Part shown: positions 38,027-50,407 of the stretch, one piece after another
Layout: each line of letters starts with the position of its first letter
Numbering within the stretch: the first letter of the stretch is position 1
Origin: Dendrobates tinctorius
Taxonomy: Eukaryota
Length of the DNA: 64,000 bases
Direction: 5' to 3'
Assembly (NCBI RefSeq): GCF_039654945.1
Contig: NW_027361917.1
Span: 61,566,001-61,630,000, forward strand
Translations under genes and position numbers: made by a program
Notes under the pieces: generated by a model
What the model was told of the DNA's origin: nothing
The model's input: only the letters and a program-made list of their open reading frames with translations
The model's database searches: none

Positions 38027-39808
38027 TTAACCCATTTCTGACTTTGTGTGTAATAATACGTCCCTGTGCCCTGGGCCTTATTAACCAAATACGGATTATT
38101 ACTACTAGGCGAGTGGGCGGACACACAGGCTGTGCACACACAATCGCAGCCGGGTGTTAACTGATTCTGAAAGCTGACACTGAGCACAATGTGCCAGGGG
38201 CAGTCACGCACCACTCCCAGTACTTTAATCCCCTAAATGAGAGTTTGATCGCAGCATTCCGGGAGCAGGCAGAGGGATGACAGCCCCTTTGCCGTTAGAT
38301 CAGAGACCCGATTGTTGACATGGTGACACGATGTTGTCATGACGACATCCAGGTTGCCAGAGCTAGGTGCAGTGCATGATCAGCAACTTTCTCTGACAGT
38401 TTGCATAGTATGGGGATTCTCCTACATCCCCATGCTATACAAGCAATCATAAATCCAAAATTAAATGCCTAGGGAAGACAGCTTCAAGTATAAAAGAACA
38501 TCAAAAAGAGAAAAGGAAGATATGTCTAAAATTGTATGATACTTTATTGGAATTGAATAAACAAATCCGTATTTTTCAACAAGAACATGAAATACATGAA
38601 ATAAGTGCAGACACTATAAGCACATGAAAAGCAGCACCGTGGCAGTAAAGTGCAAGATAGGTTACATAAAATCGCCTATGTAGTATAAAGTATACAAATG
38701 GATATCATATGAAGTATACAGGCAGATGAATAAATAGATGAATCAATAAATAGGCCATAAAAATGTATTAGAGGTTAAAATAAAACCTCCTATCAAAATA
38801 AGAACAGCCAAATGTATTAATAAATTATAATACAACAGATGCCTCCAGTGCGTTGTGATTGGCTGTTCAATTCTGAACAGCCAATCGCAGCCTTTCTCAT
38901 TGTTTCAGCCAATCAGATTGGCTGAAATAATGATGTCCCAGGCTAGGATCGGAGTACCAATGTACTCGACCCTAGGACGGTGCTTGGCATTGCAGGGCAT
39001 CAGCTGAAAACCCCCGAATTGGCGCGATCGCTGATCGCATCGATCGCGCCAATCGCAGGCCCGATCTGGGCCGGAACCAGCAGGGCACAGGGCGGTATAC
39101 CGCCGCTGTGCCCTGCTGGTTCCGACCCAGATCGGTGCTGTAATAACACCGATCCTAGGTTGAAGCCTAGGACAGGCTCAGCAGGGCCTGCGGGAGCTGG
39201 TTGGCCCGATCGATGTCATCATCGATCGCGCGAATCACAGGGCACAGCTGCGGTCACGCTGTGACTGCTATGTGCCCTGCTGGTGACCTGGCCATGACCT
39301 GCCTAGGAATAGGAGCTGTGCACTCTGATCCTAGGCAGTTGCCATGGTCACCTCACCAGGCAGAGCAGGGATTGGTGGGATCGATGTAATCATTTGATTC
39401 CACCAATGACAGGTCACAGCAGCGGTGTGACCGCTCTGTGACCTGTCTCTGACCTGCTTGTGACCTGTGTGACTGCTTTGCAGGGGTCCTCACACTAGCT
39501 GAGGATTCCCTACAGAGCGGTCATACTGCTGGATCTCCTGCTGTGCTGGGTATTGTGGTGCACAGCAGCCTGTAGCACCACATCCCTGCTGAAGAAAGAA
39601 AAACCCTACAACTGTAAGTGTTACCTGATCCCTGCCCAATCTATCTTCATCCCCTCCTTACCCCTCTTTTTACCCCCTCCACCCCTCTCTGTACACATTT
39701 TCCCTTTCCCCCCTCCCCCGCAGTTCACTCTTCAGGGCTAGGGCCTGCCGTTTTCCATTTTTCTCACCCCCTTTGCGCCACCTGACTACAACCCTAACTG
39801 ATCCCTGA

Positions 39809-42457
39809 TCTGGTCAGTATATCACCTGGTTACTAATGAATAATGGGAGGCGGATATAAAAGGATGCCAGGTGGTTGTGTGAGTGTCTCAGCCTGGGAAC
39901 ACAGAGAGCCTGTCTGTGTGAGAGACACACGTGAATGAAAGCAGTGCCCACGGTAACTGTGGTTTGGCTGGACGGGAGAAGCCCGCCAGTTGGTAGTTAG
40001 GTTGTACCTTGTTTAGTTAGTGCCGGACAGGCAAGGATTTGTTTTATGTTTTTTCCTTTATGCATTGCTTTCACCTTTAATAAACCTGACCCAGTGTCAG
40101 TTATACCCGGACCCCGGCTGTGCGCCTAAGTTTCATGCTGAACGCACGTGACCTTTGACCCCAGCAAAGGCGATCCCGGAGTGTTTTACCACATTGTGGT
40201 GGAGAACGCGGGCATCACATTGGAAGCATGAACATGGAGGACGTGGTGAAAGCGCTGGTACAGTCCACCGCCGTCCAGCAAGAAGCTAATCGGGTGATGA
40301 TGGCCCAGCTGAAGGAGTTGGTGGACATGACAGCTACCGATCGCTCGCTTCTCCAGCAGGTGGCGGAGCGCCTGGCAAGCTTACCTGAGGTTTACCTGGA
40401 AGCCGAGTCGAGAGTGATTCACGTGAGTCGGTACTGGCAGATGACGACCGAAGATGACGTCGAGGCATACCTGACCACGTTTGAACGGACAGCGGTGCAA
40501 GAAAAATGGCCGAAGGCACGATGGGCCGGCCTGATTTCCCAGTTTCTTTCCGGTGAGGCCCAAAAGGCTTATTATGACTTAGAACCTGAAGCCGCGCAGG
40601 ACTTTGACAAACTGAAAGCTGAGATCTTGGCCCGGCTTGGAGTGACGACTGCTGTCTGTGCACAGAGAGTGCATCAATAGACTTATCAGCCGGATAAACC
40701 ACTGCGGTCACAAATGTTCGACCTGATCCACGTGACGAAGAAGTGGCTACAACCCGAGGTGCTGACAGCGCCAGAGATAATCCAGAGAGTCATCATGGAC
40801 AAGTACCTGAGAGCTCTACCGCCAGCCCTGAGGAAGTGGGTAAGCCATGGAAATCCTACGACGGCAGTTCAACTGGTGGATCTGGTTGAACATTACTCCG
40901 TGGCGGAAGGACTCCGAGACGACGCTACCCCTCCTCGTTCTTCATCATCTCCACGTGGAACCGGTAAGACTGTTCCCGGGAGTAGGGGAGAAGGAAAAAT
41001 CCCTAAGACAGTGGGGGAGGAAACCGGGACTGCCCGCAATGCGAGGCCGAGAGTAACGAACTATGGTCTAAGCAAGGGGCATGTTAGGTGTTTCCGCTGC
41101 CAAGAGATGGGCCACATTGCTGCGAACTGTCCGGTCATTACTGAACCCATGCAGTGCGACGTCACAGACTCTAAAAACCGCATGTCTATGGTTGCACGGG
41201 TAGTGAGTGTGAATGCCAGTCAAAAGGATGTGGAAAAATACTTGTGTGATTTAACTGTTGATGGCAAAAATGTGGTGGCATGAAGTGTGGTGACTCTGGT
41301 GAAGGCCAGTCTGGTGTCAGCCTCGACTGGACCATCAGACAAATTTTCTGTAATGTGTGTGCATGGAGACACCTGTTCGTACCTCACCACGGTCATATGC
41401 ATTACTACTTCCTATGGGTCTGTGCAACATAAAGTGGGACTCGTCCCTGCGTTATTGCATGATGTTATCTTGGGCCGGGATTTTCTCCACTTCTGGCAAT
41501 TGTGGGAGAATCAGTTGATGCCCCCGGGTAATAGTGTACATGATTCTTCTCCCAGGGCGCGTGTCGGTCCCGAACCCCTGGAAGAGGTCCCCCCCGGAAG
41601 ACTCGGGGGAAGAGTCTGCTGGAAATGACCTGCAGTTCCCATTTTCAGTCATGGCGGGTGATACGGAGGAGACCAGGGAAGAGGAGGAGGCCGACAGCCG
41701 TCCACCTCCCCGTTTGCCGGATTTGGAAGTTCAGAAAGATGACTTCCAAAGCGAGCAAATAAAGGATCCTACCCTTTCTCAGGCTAGGACAAATGTAAAA
41801 GTGATAAATGGGGTACCCGTAGAACCTGGCTCTAGGCTGGCATATCTTTACATCGTCCTGGAGAATGGGTGACCCGGTGGTTCCTTGCCCTGCATGCCTA
41901 CACTTTTACGGTGGAGCACCGCCCAGGGGTACAGATGGGGAATGCAGATGCCCTGTCCTGAGTGCACTGTTTGGCGGGTGTCATTGCTCGACCGGAGTGG
42001 TCTGAGCAGAGGGGGGGGATATGTGAGAATCATGTGGGAATAGTGGATGAGGGCAGGTATATCTCGCCCAGATACCTTTCCTATGTGGCCTAGTCTGGTC
42101 AGTATATCACCTGGTTACTAATGAATAATGGGAGGCGGATATAAAAGGACACCAGGTGGTTGTGTGAGTGTCTCAGCCTGGGGACACAGAGAGCCTTGTC
42201 TGTGTGAGAGACACACGTGAATGAAAGCAGTGCCCACGATAACTGTGGTTTGGCTGGACGGGAGAAGCCCGCCAGTTGGTAGTTAGGTTGTACCTTGTTT
42301 AGTTAGTGCCAGACAGGCAAGGATTTTTTTAATGTTTTTTTTCCTTTATGCATTGCTTTCACCTTTAATAAACCTGACCCAGCGTCAGTTATACCCAGAT
42401 GCTGAACGCACGTGACCTTTGACCCCAGCAAAGGCGATCCCGGAGTGTTTTATCACA
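39809..42457 (+). mobile_element. Gmr1-like Gypsy LTR retrotransposon, internally deleted; LTRs 39809-40193 (5'-clipped) and 42022-42457
   Basis: Near-identical LTRs; PBS TGGTGGAGAACGCGGGCA (40197-40214, tRNA-Ala-like); PPT AGAGGGGGGGG before 42022; RNase H end RVTRWFLAL...NADALS lies directly before the PPT, consistent with Gmr1 domain order. Confidence 0.9.
40228..41283 (+). pseudogene. SCAN-like gag with CCHC zinc knuckle (in-frame stop at 40678)
   Basis: EDDVEAYLTTFERTA...LSGEAQKAY, KWLQPE...IIQRVIMDKYLRALP, CFRCQEMGHIAANC. Confidence 0.88.
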
Positions 42458-42715
42458 ACACTTATTTTTGCCACCCACGTGTGCACATCCAACAGCCGAA
42501 TTTTGATAAGTGACACGCAGTTCACTTATCAGAGCTAGGGCCTGCTGTTTTAGACTTTTTTTCCACAGGCATTTTTTTCTCCCAGCTTTTTCTTTTCAGA
42601 ATAGTTTACACCGATCACTATCCCCCCACACATACAGTTATCAATAAAGTACACACAAAGCACCATATTCACACAAAAAAAATCCTCATCAAATTCGTCC
42701 CAACAACGCTATTCA

Positions 42716-43545
42716 ATGGAGGAGGCATATTCTTTCCTTGCATCCGACACGGATAGCGAGGGAGAGGATCCCACATTTCAGTACTTTTCAGATTCTTCAT
42801 CCTCATCCTCTTCCCCCTCCTCATCTTCCTCCTCGGGTCCTGCGGAACCGCCACGCAAACGCCCCAGGACAGAAGATGAGGCAGCGCCCCCCGAAAATTA
42901 CGAACCACTGATTCCTGATTTTGTGACAGAATCAGGAATCAAGTTTGACACCACCGGCCTCACAGAAATAGACTTTTTAAAAGTCCTTTTCTCTGAGGAT
43001 TTTGTTAACTTCTTGGTGGAGCAAACTAATTTATACGCTGATCAATTTTTGGAACAAAACCCACGTTCATCATTTTCTATCTGGTCTCCTGTAGACGCAG
43101 TTGAAATTATGCAGTTTTGGGGTCTGGTCCTTCATATTGGGATCCTGAAGAAGCCAGAACTTCGGCAATATTGGAGTGTTGATATTTTATATAACACTCC
43201 AGTGTTCCGAATGGTCATGGCCAGGACGTGTTTTTAGGTCATCCACAAATTCCTGCATTATTCTGATAATGCACAGTGTTCCGCACGAGATGACCCCAAC
43301 TTTGACCGTCTGTTCAAAGTTTGGCCGGTCATCGAACACTTCAACAAAAAGTTTGCTGAAGTGTATGTGCCCCAAAGGGACATCTGCGTGGATGAGTCTT
43401 TGGTTCATTTTAAGGGAAGGATGCGATTCCGTCAATACCTGCCCAGCAAGAACGCCAGGTACGGAATCAAACTCTACAATCTGTGTGAGAGTACCTCAGG
43501 GTACACCCACAGGTTTAGAGTTTACAAAAGGAAGGACACCAGGAT
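42716..43545 (+). pseudogene. piggyBac transposase, N-terminal half
   Basis: Acidic N-terminus, LVEQTNLYA, ELRQYWS, ICVDESLVHFKGR, QYLPSKNARYGIKLY. Confidence 0.92.
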
Positions 43546-43794
43546 ACTAATCCTAGGTTAGGTTATGCTCGGTTTCTGGCTATTATCTGCATTTAACAAT
43601 TTTGCTATACAAATTAACATATTCATTGTATATACTTAATTTGTTTGTACTTTTTTTTTTTACTTTTAATTTCTTGTTTTATTTTGCATTCATTTTATGT
43701 ATTTTGACTTTGTAGTAACTGAAGGTCAAAATTTGACCGAAACATTTTTTTTCTTCTACGTACCTCCCCATATGTGTTAGCACACTACACGGTC

Positions 43795-44541
43795 ATGACC
43801 ACCACTATATTTTCCTATAATGCAGAGGAAACTGCCAGCATCCTCGCACAATCTAACATTCCTAGTGATTTTTTACAAATTCCTCCACGTGAAACCCATG
43901 GGCGGGACCTGGAACGGGAATTGAGATTCCTCACCAATACTCAACTTCATTGTGCCACTCTGTCTGAGTACCTAAGGGTCCAAAGGATCCCTAGGGGCCT
44001 TCGGGTTCCTCTGCGTCCTACACTTTTCCGGGAGTCACCTAATTTTTGTGCCAAATTTGAGAAAATACTTAAGTGTTCTCTTGACTTAATAACCTTGACA
44101 GTGGAATTCCTCCAGAAGGCGATAACCACCAGCGCGGAGCAAATTAAGGTAATTGAAACACAGTTATCAGCTACTGGTACACCTGAGGAAGTAAGCTCCC
44201 TGAAAGCAGAGATCCAGGAGTGTATCATTCGCCACAAACGAGACATCAAAACAAGAAAACGGATTAAATTTGCTAGGGACGCGGATGACTACAAATCCAA
44301 CCGAGTCTACAGATGGCAAGAAAACGTGAAATCATCCAATACCAGGCCAAGTCACACAGCCTCTTCGGACTATTTCACTTCAGGTTCTGAACAGGAACAT
44401 GGACTAACTACATCTACCTCAGTTCCTTTTTTAGGTCAACGCAGGCAGTTCAACTACATAAGAAGACAAGACGGGGAGAGAAACGTAAGGGAACAGGATC
44501 AAGGACGAATCACACAATTGAAGGTACAAACAATTTGGTGA
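43795..44541 (+). CDS. Penelope ORF1 / N-terminal domain, open
   Basis: HCATLSEYLRVQRIPRGLR...KFARDADDYKSNRVYRW; shares IPRGLR with the minus-strand PLE (24489-24770). Confidence 0.8.
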   Translation: MTTTIFSYNAEETASILAQSNIPSDFLQIPPRETHGRDLERELRFLTNTQLHCATLSEYLRVQRIPRGLRVPLRPTLFRESPNFCAKFEKILKCSLDLITLTVEFLQKAITTSAEQIKVIETQLSATGTPEEVSSLKAEIQECIIRHKRDIKTRKRIKFARDADDYKSNRVYRWQENVKSSNTRPSHTASSDYFTSGSEQEHGLTTSTSVPFLGQRRQFNYIRRQDGERNVREQDQGRITQLKVQTIW

Positions 44542-46781
44542 TTAACATCTCTTCCAGAACATTAAGCACCGCAAAATACGCTATTCTCCAAAAGGGTCTT
44601 TTCTTCTGCCCCTCGTATAGGTGCCGCACCTTCGATTTAGAAATGGACCTTCAATGGTTTTTCCGCTTGTTAAGGCTTAAGGTCCACTTCTCTAGTATCC
44701 CCACAAACTATGCCCCCCCATCAGTCATGAGCCCCAAACTCTTATCTTCACATAGCCTGGGTTTGCACAACAAAAGTCATTTTCGCCCACCACATGCAGT
44801 GGAGACTTTTGTCAGTTTTGTACAGGACTCTTTCCAAACATTGAGGAATAACATAGATAGGGGTGCATTATTCTATCCACCCAACCTTACATTGGAAGAA
44901 CGACACGCAATCAAATCCCTACAGGAGGATAACTCCATCATTATGAAACCAGCCGACAAAGGCGGGGCATTAGTTATTATGGACAAAACATTGTATATGT
45001 CAGAAATCACGCGACAATTGAGTGACAACTCAATATATCGCCTATTACAAAAAGATCCCACCTACGACACTAGTCGTGAAATTGATACCATCCTCCAAAA
45101 ATATTCTAATCTTAACGTACTGGATCATAAGACCTGTGACTTCCTTACCAATAGAAATCCCATCACACCAGTCTTCTATACCCTCCCGAAAGTCCATAAA
45201 AATCTAGAGAAACCACCAGGGAGACCTATTGTGTCGTCCACAGACTCCATTCTGTCACCTATAGCAGTATACCTAGAAAAGATACTCACCCCCTTGATCC
45301 AGAAAACCAAATCTTTCATTCGGGGCACAGGAGCTTTTCTTACCTATATCCAACAACTTCTAACTATCCCACAGGATGCACTATTAGTGACATTGGACGT
45401 AAAAAATCTCTACACCTCCATTCCTCACTCGGAGGGCATTAATTCAACACTACGCCTTTTATCCTCCAGAAATATGGACAGGGACCAAATCTTGTTATGC
45501 GTGGACCTTCTCAAACTAGTACTCACCTCCAATTTCTTTCTTTTTGAAGATTATTTCTATCTTCAGATACACGGGACTGCAATGGGCTCCAATGTGGAGC
45601 CCCCCTATGCAAATGCCCATATGGCTGACTTCGCAGAGAGTATCATCTATAAGAGTGATTTATTCCATAACCATGTCATTATGTGGAAACGCTATATAGA
45701 TGATATCTTTTGCATATGGGGGGGGCCCTTGGAGTCATTGCAAATGTTCTTCTACTTCCTGAACTCATCCTGGCCAGGAATTCAATTTACCATGGGACAT
45801 GACCCCTGGCATATGCATTTCCTGGATACCATGAACGTTAAGGATATCAATGGAATACTATCCACTGATTTATACACCAAAGAGACGGATCGCAACAACC
45901 TCCTCTATTTCCAAAGCTTACACCCTCCCTTCATAAAATGTGCAATACCAAAATCGCAGTACCAGTGAGTACGTCGTATCGTCACAAACAGCAATATCAG
46001 AGATGAAAGGCTTAGTGAAATGACCAACAAATTCAAAGAGAGAGGTTACCCATCTGCTTTATTGGAGGAGTCGAGGGACTCTCCTGTTCGACCACAGAGA
46101 AAAACCTTATCTCACATACCATTTGGACATACTTTCCATCCGTTTGCTTTCATTATCCATAAATCCATACGGAAAAATTGGCAATTGCTATCTACAGCCC
46201 ATCCGGACGTACCAGAATTTAAAGAACCCTTCCTCCCATGTTTTAAATGAGCGCCAAACTTGAAAGATTCCCTGGTTAGAGCTGATGTCGGCCCCAAAAA
46301 TCCCACACAGATGCAACGGTTTCTACAGAGACCCAAGATGGGAACTTTTCCATGCCTACACTGTGTACAGTGTAATAACATTCTTAAGAGGGATAAATTT
46401 ACACATCCCTTCTCCTGCAAGGAATTCAAAATTCAGAATTTCTTTACATGCGACTTGGCATACGTCATCTTCCTTATAAAATGCCCCTGTGGCCTCTTAT
46501 AAGTAGGAGAGACCTCTCAACCAATACGCGACAGAATATCAAAGCACAAATCGACAATAAGATGCAAAAATCTCCTTCTCCCCATCCCCCACCACTTTAC
46601 CACTATGGGTCATAATATTTCACAACTAAGATTTCAGGTGATTGAACAGGTATTACCGCCTCGCCGTGGTGGGAACAGAATCCTAAACTTGAAAAGGCGT
46701 GAAGCTTTTTGGATTCACACAGTAGAAACTATGAGCCCTAAGGGCCTGAATAGGGAGTACGTGATATCAGCATTTCTATAA
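44430..46781 (+). pseudogene. Penelope RT + GIY-YIG ORF2, one frame with three point nonsense codons (45966, 46248, 46500)
   Basis: KPADKGGA, LPKVHK..PPGRPIVS, LDVKNLYTSIPH, GTAMGS, WKRYIDDIF, CLHCVQC, VIFLIKCPCGLL*VGET, GLNRE. Confidence 0.93.
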
Positions 46782-47818
46782 AAAGGAACTGCATACGAAA
46801 ATTCATCATTTGGGACTCTTTTGACTACCTACAGTATTTTGTACCATGTTGAATTGTATCTATTTACTCAAGCATAACTTGTGGAAATGTAATTTAAGAG
46901 TATATATGCTGAATATGATCTAAATTCTGTATTTATTATGACCATATACTAATATTCCTCTCCTTCTCCATAGAGCCATCTATACTAATTATGACCGGAC
47001 ACCATCATCATGAGCTTATTCCCTCTATATGGAATTCTCTATCACAGTCACCCTATTAGAAACCACACAGCACAGAAAAGAAATAAAGAAAAAGCTTTAT
47101 TCACCTGTTCACTGGCTACCTATATATTGCCTCTTTCTATATAGAGGTCTAAAAACAATTAAATTCACTATGATTACACTTTGTTCACAGTGGATTCTAT
47201 TATCCTTTTACAGGTCTTTGTTCCTTTAAGTATGGGGCTACCTCATGCGTCCTATTCCTCATATGCTACTACCGCTGTATCCTGACATCGGTTAGGTTTC
47301 CCTATTCTTTAATCCACTCCCTAACCCACATCCCGCCCTTCGCCTGCACACAACCGCCAACTTTTTGGGGAGTTTTCTAATCAAAGTGCTCAGTAATTCA
47401 TTGATTTTAGTGTTGGAACGCACAGGGACATGCCATGGACCGCACGGCCATGTTCTTCCGGTTTTGCTACTTCCAGTCCACCGCATCACAGTACTCCATT
47501 GGCCGTCACCCCCAAAGTCCCGCCCTCTTTTCTTTTTAAGCGCTGAGAACGCTTATACCCAGCCAGACATGCAGAGGATACCGTGTCCGAAGGCACGTTT
47601 GCCCCATCTACTGGCCATAATAAGTTAACAGAGCGCCTCTCTACCTCTCAGCATTTACATGCAGTGGTATTTCTATTTTTTTGTTCACTACGGCCCCTAT
47701 GTTTGTATTTACTTTAGGATATCCTGCAGACTGTGGGACGGATCGCCCCAGTAAGTAGCACTTTCATGCCATATGTGCACCTCCTACCCGTCACAAACCC
47801 AGCTCATTCTTTCATATA

Positions 47819-48034
47819 CAGTGCTGTGCAAATTAATTGAGACAAAGCATTTTTTTTTTTAAGTAAAATTGTAAGTTGGTTACCAGTCAGTGATTCAAAC
47901 CAGTTTTAACTGCTTTGAACAGGTGTGAGTACCTGTTCAAAGCAGTAAAAACTGGTTTGAATCACTGACTGGTAACCAACTTACGATTTAACTTAAAAAA
48001 AAATGCTTTGTCCCAATTAATTTGCACAGCACTG
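47819..48034. mobile_element. Tc1/mariner-type hairpin MITE (216 bp) inside the Penelope 3' region
   Basis: TA TSD; CAGTGCTGTGCAAATTAATTG ... CAATTAATTTGCACAGCACTG; ~105-bp arms with a ~6-nt loop. Confidence 0.88.
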
Positions 48035-48440
48035 TATCACTTTTAATAGACTACGAGCACATCAAGCTGCACCATAGATATACAACCTATTGCTATGTAT
48101 CTAGTACAGCACTGTACGTCACGCATCCTACTTGGATGCTCATTTCTTTTCTCCACTCCTCACTTATACTAATCCTAGGTTAGGTTATGCGCGGTTTCTG
48201 GATAATATCTGCATTTAACAATTTTGCTATACAAATGGCCATATTCATTGTATATACTTATTTTGTTTGTCCTTCTCTTTTTTTTTTTTTACTTTTAATT
48301 TCTTGTTTTATTTTGCATTCATTTTATGTATTTTGACTTTGTAGTAACTGAAGGTCAAAATTTGACTGAAACGTTTTTGTTTACGTACTACAATAAATTT
48401 CCTTCTGACTATACTGAAGTTGAGTGCTAGGTTCATACTA

Positions 48441-49248
48441 CTGAACCCCCTGAGTGTCCCTCTTTCCTGGGAGTGAGTGGGAAAATTGTGTGGGATTTGG
48501 TGCACCCACTGCTGGATAAAAGTTATCACCTCTACACTGATAACTTTTATACCAGCCTCCCACTCTACAAATCCCTCTCTGCGCGAGGTACCGCAGCCTG
48601 CGGTACTGTCCTCAAAAATCAGAGAAGTCTCCCGACGACGCTACTTGGACCGATGCTCAGAAAATTTGATAGCAGAGCCCAATGTAGTGACCACCTGCTG
48701 GTGGTCAAGTACAAGAGGGATGTCCTTCTCGACCACCATACACGGTGATGGCAGCGCCCTCTGCACTGTACAGGGTACCTCTACACAGGTCAGCAAACCT
48801 GACTGTGTACTGGGGTACAATAAAATCATGGTGGGCGTTGATTTCTCTGATCAACTCCTTCAACCGTACAATGCTTTGAGGAAGGCCAAGGTGTGGTATA
48901 AATTGCTGGCCGTGCACATCGTCCAAATGGCAATGCTCAGCGCATTCCTGATGTCAGGATGTGCACGCCATACCGATACGTCATACCTTCAGTTCCAGGA
49001 GGTAGTGGTTAAGGCCCTCATGTTTGGCACTCAGGAAGGAGCAGGTCCCAGTACTTCTGGAACTAAAGGTGCTCATATTGTACCAGATCAGCATTTTCCG
49101 GGAAGGTAAGCAGCAAAAAAGGTGCCGAGTATGTTACAAAAAGGGAATACACAGGGACACAATTTATCAATGCGACACCTGCCCCGAAAAACCTGGCCTG
49201 TGTATGAAGGATTGCTTCAAATTGTACCACACCTCCATTCACTACTAA
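48441..49248 (+). pseudogene. piggyBac transposase, C-terminal half with cysteine-rich domain
   Basis: YHLYTDNFYTS, KPDCVLGYNKIMVGVDFSDQ, KRCRVC...CDTCPEKPGLCMKDCFKLYH; frameshifts. Confidence 0.92.
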
Positions 49249-49548
49249 TTTACTTTACCGGAAACATTAGATTAGTTGGGGCACATCTAGATTTGTTCTT
49301 TGTTTCAACATGTGTTTTTTGTTTTTTTTTTACTGTTTAGGCACATCAGAGGCTCTGAAGACGGAACATAATGCCCGCAGACCATTCCATCAAAGTCTTC
49401 ATTCCAAAATGTCACTACTTCCCTTTCAAGCCCCGTGTGCCCAAACAGTAGTTTTCTCCCACAAGTCCTTTCTCAAGCACATTGTAATTACTACTAAATA
49501 CTTGTTATTTGGGTTGCCTTAAATACTGAGCATATGCACTATTGTAAC

Positions 49549-49586
49549 TGCTTGAGAAAGGTCTGCACTTGAGACCGAAACATCGC
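49549..49586 (+). ncRNA. Minimal hammerhead motif, U3-A8 variant, in a PLE end abutting a microsatellite
   Basis: tgc-UUGAGAA-a-GGUCU-loop-AGACC-GAAA-C-AUC-gc; same family as 17655-17697. Confidence 0.55.
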
Positions 49587-49729
49587 CACATGGGCTATTA
49601 AAAAAGCACTTTTTTCTAATTCTACATGGTGTGCTGCCTCTATCTTTTTTGATTTTCTATTTACAAGGACTGGTATGTGCCTGTGAGGCTTTGCACCCCA
49701 CTTTTTCCTGTGCTCTTGTTCTTTTTTTT

Positions 49730-50407
49730 CTATCTATAGATCTGTCTATCTATAGATCTATCTAGCTATACATCTATCTAGCTATACATCTATCTAGCTA
49801 TACATCTATCTAGCTATACATCTATCTAGCTATACATCTATCTAGCTATACATCTATCTAGCTATACATCTATCTAGCTATAGATTTATCTAGCTATACA
49901 TCTATCTAGCTATACATCTATCTAGCTATACATCTATCTAGCTATACATCTATCTAGCTATACATCTATCTAGCTATAGATTTATCTAGCTATACATCTA
50001 GCTATAGATCTAGCTATACATCTATCTAGCTATACATCTATCTATACATCTATCTAGCTATACATCTATCTAGCTATACATCTATCTAGCTATAGATTTA
50101 TCTAGCTATACATCTAGCTATAGATCTAGCTATACATCTATCTAGCTATACATCTATCTAGCTATACATCTATCTAGCTATACATCTATCTAGCTATACA
50201 TCTATCTAGCTATACATCTATCTAGCTATACATCTATCTAGCTATACATCTATCTAGCTATACATCTATCTAGCTATAGATTTATCTAGCTATACATCTA
50301 GCTATAGATCTAGCTATACATCTATCTAGCTATACATCTATCTAGCTATACATCTATCTATAGATCTACCTATCTATAGATCCATCTATATCTATCTATA
50401 TAGATCT
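49730..50407. repeat. 16-bp tandem repeat (catctatctagctata)n derived from (TCTA)n
   Basis: Read directly from the sequence; recurrent variant units. Confidence 0.95.

Larger units (their letters stand above)
43544..48438 (+). mobile_element. Young, near full-length Penelope-like (Neptune-type) retroelement with direct pseudo-LTR repeats (43544-43763, 48166-48385)
   Basis: Direct repeat ATACTAATCCTAGGTTAGG...GAAAC; ORF1 followed by RT, Cys-rich linker and GIY-YIG; splits the piggyBac transposase at KDTRI|EPPECP. Confidence 0.93.
38031..49470 (+). mobile_element. piggyBac (PGBD4-like) transposon with nested Gypsy and Penelope; right end not found
   Basis: TTAA|CCC left end (assignment to this element is inferred); transposase halves at 42716-43545 and 48441-49248. 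Confidence 0.75.
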
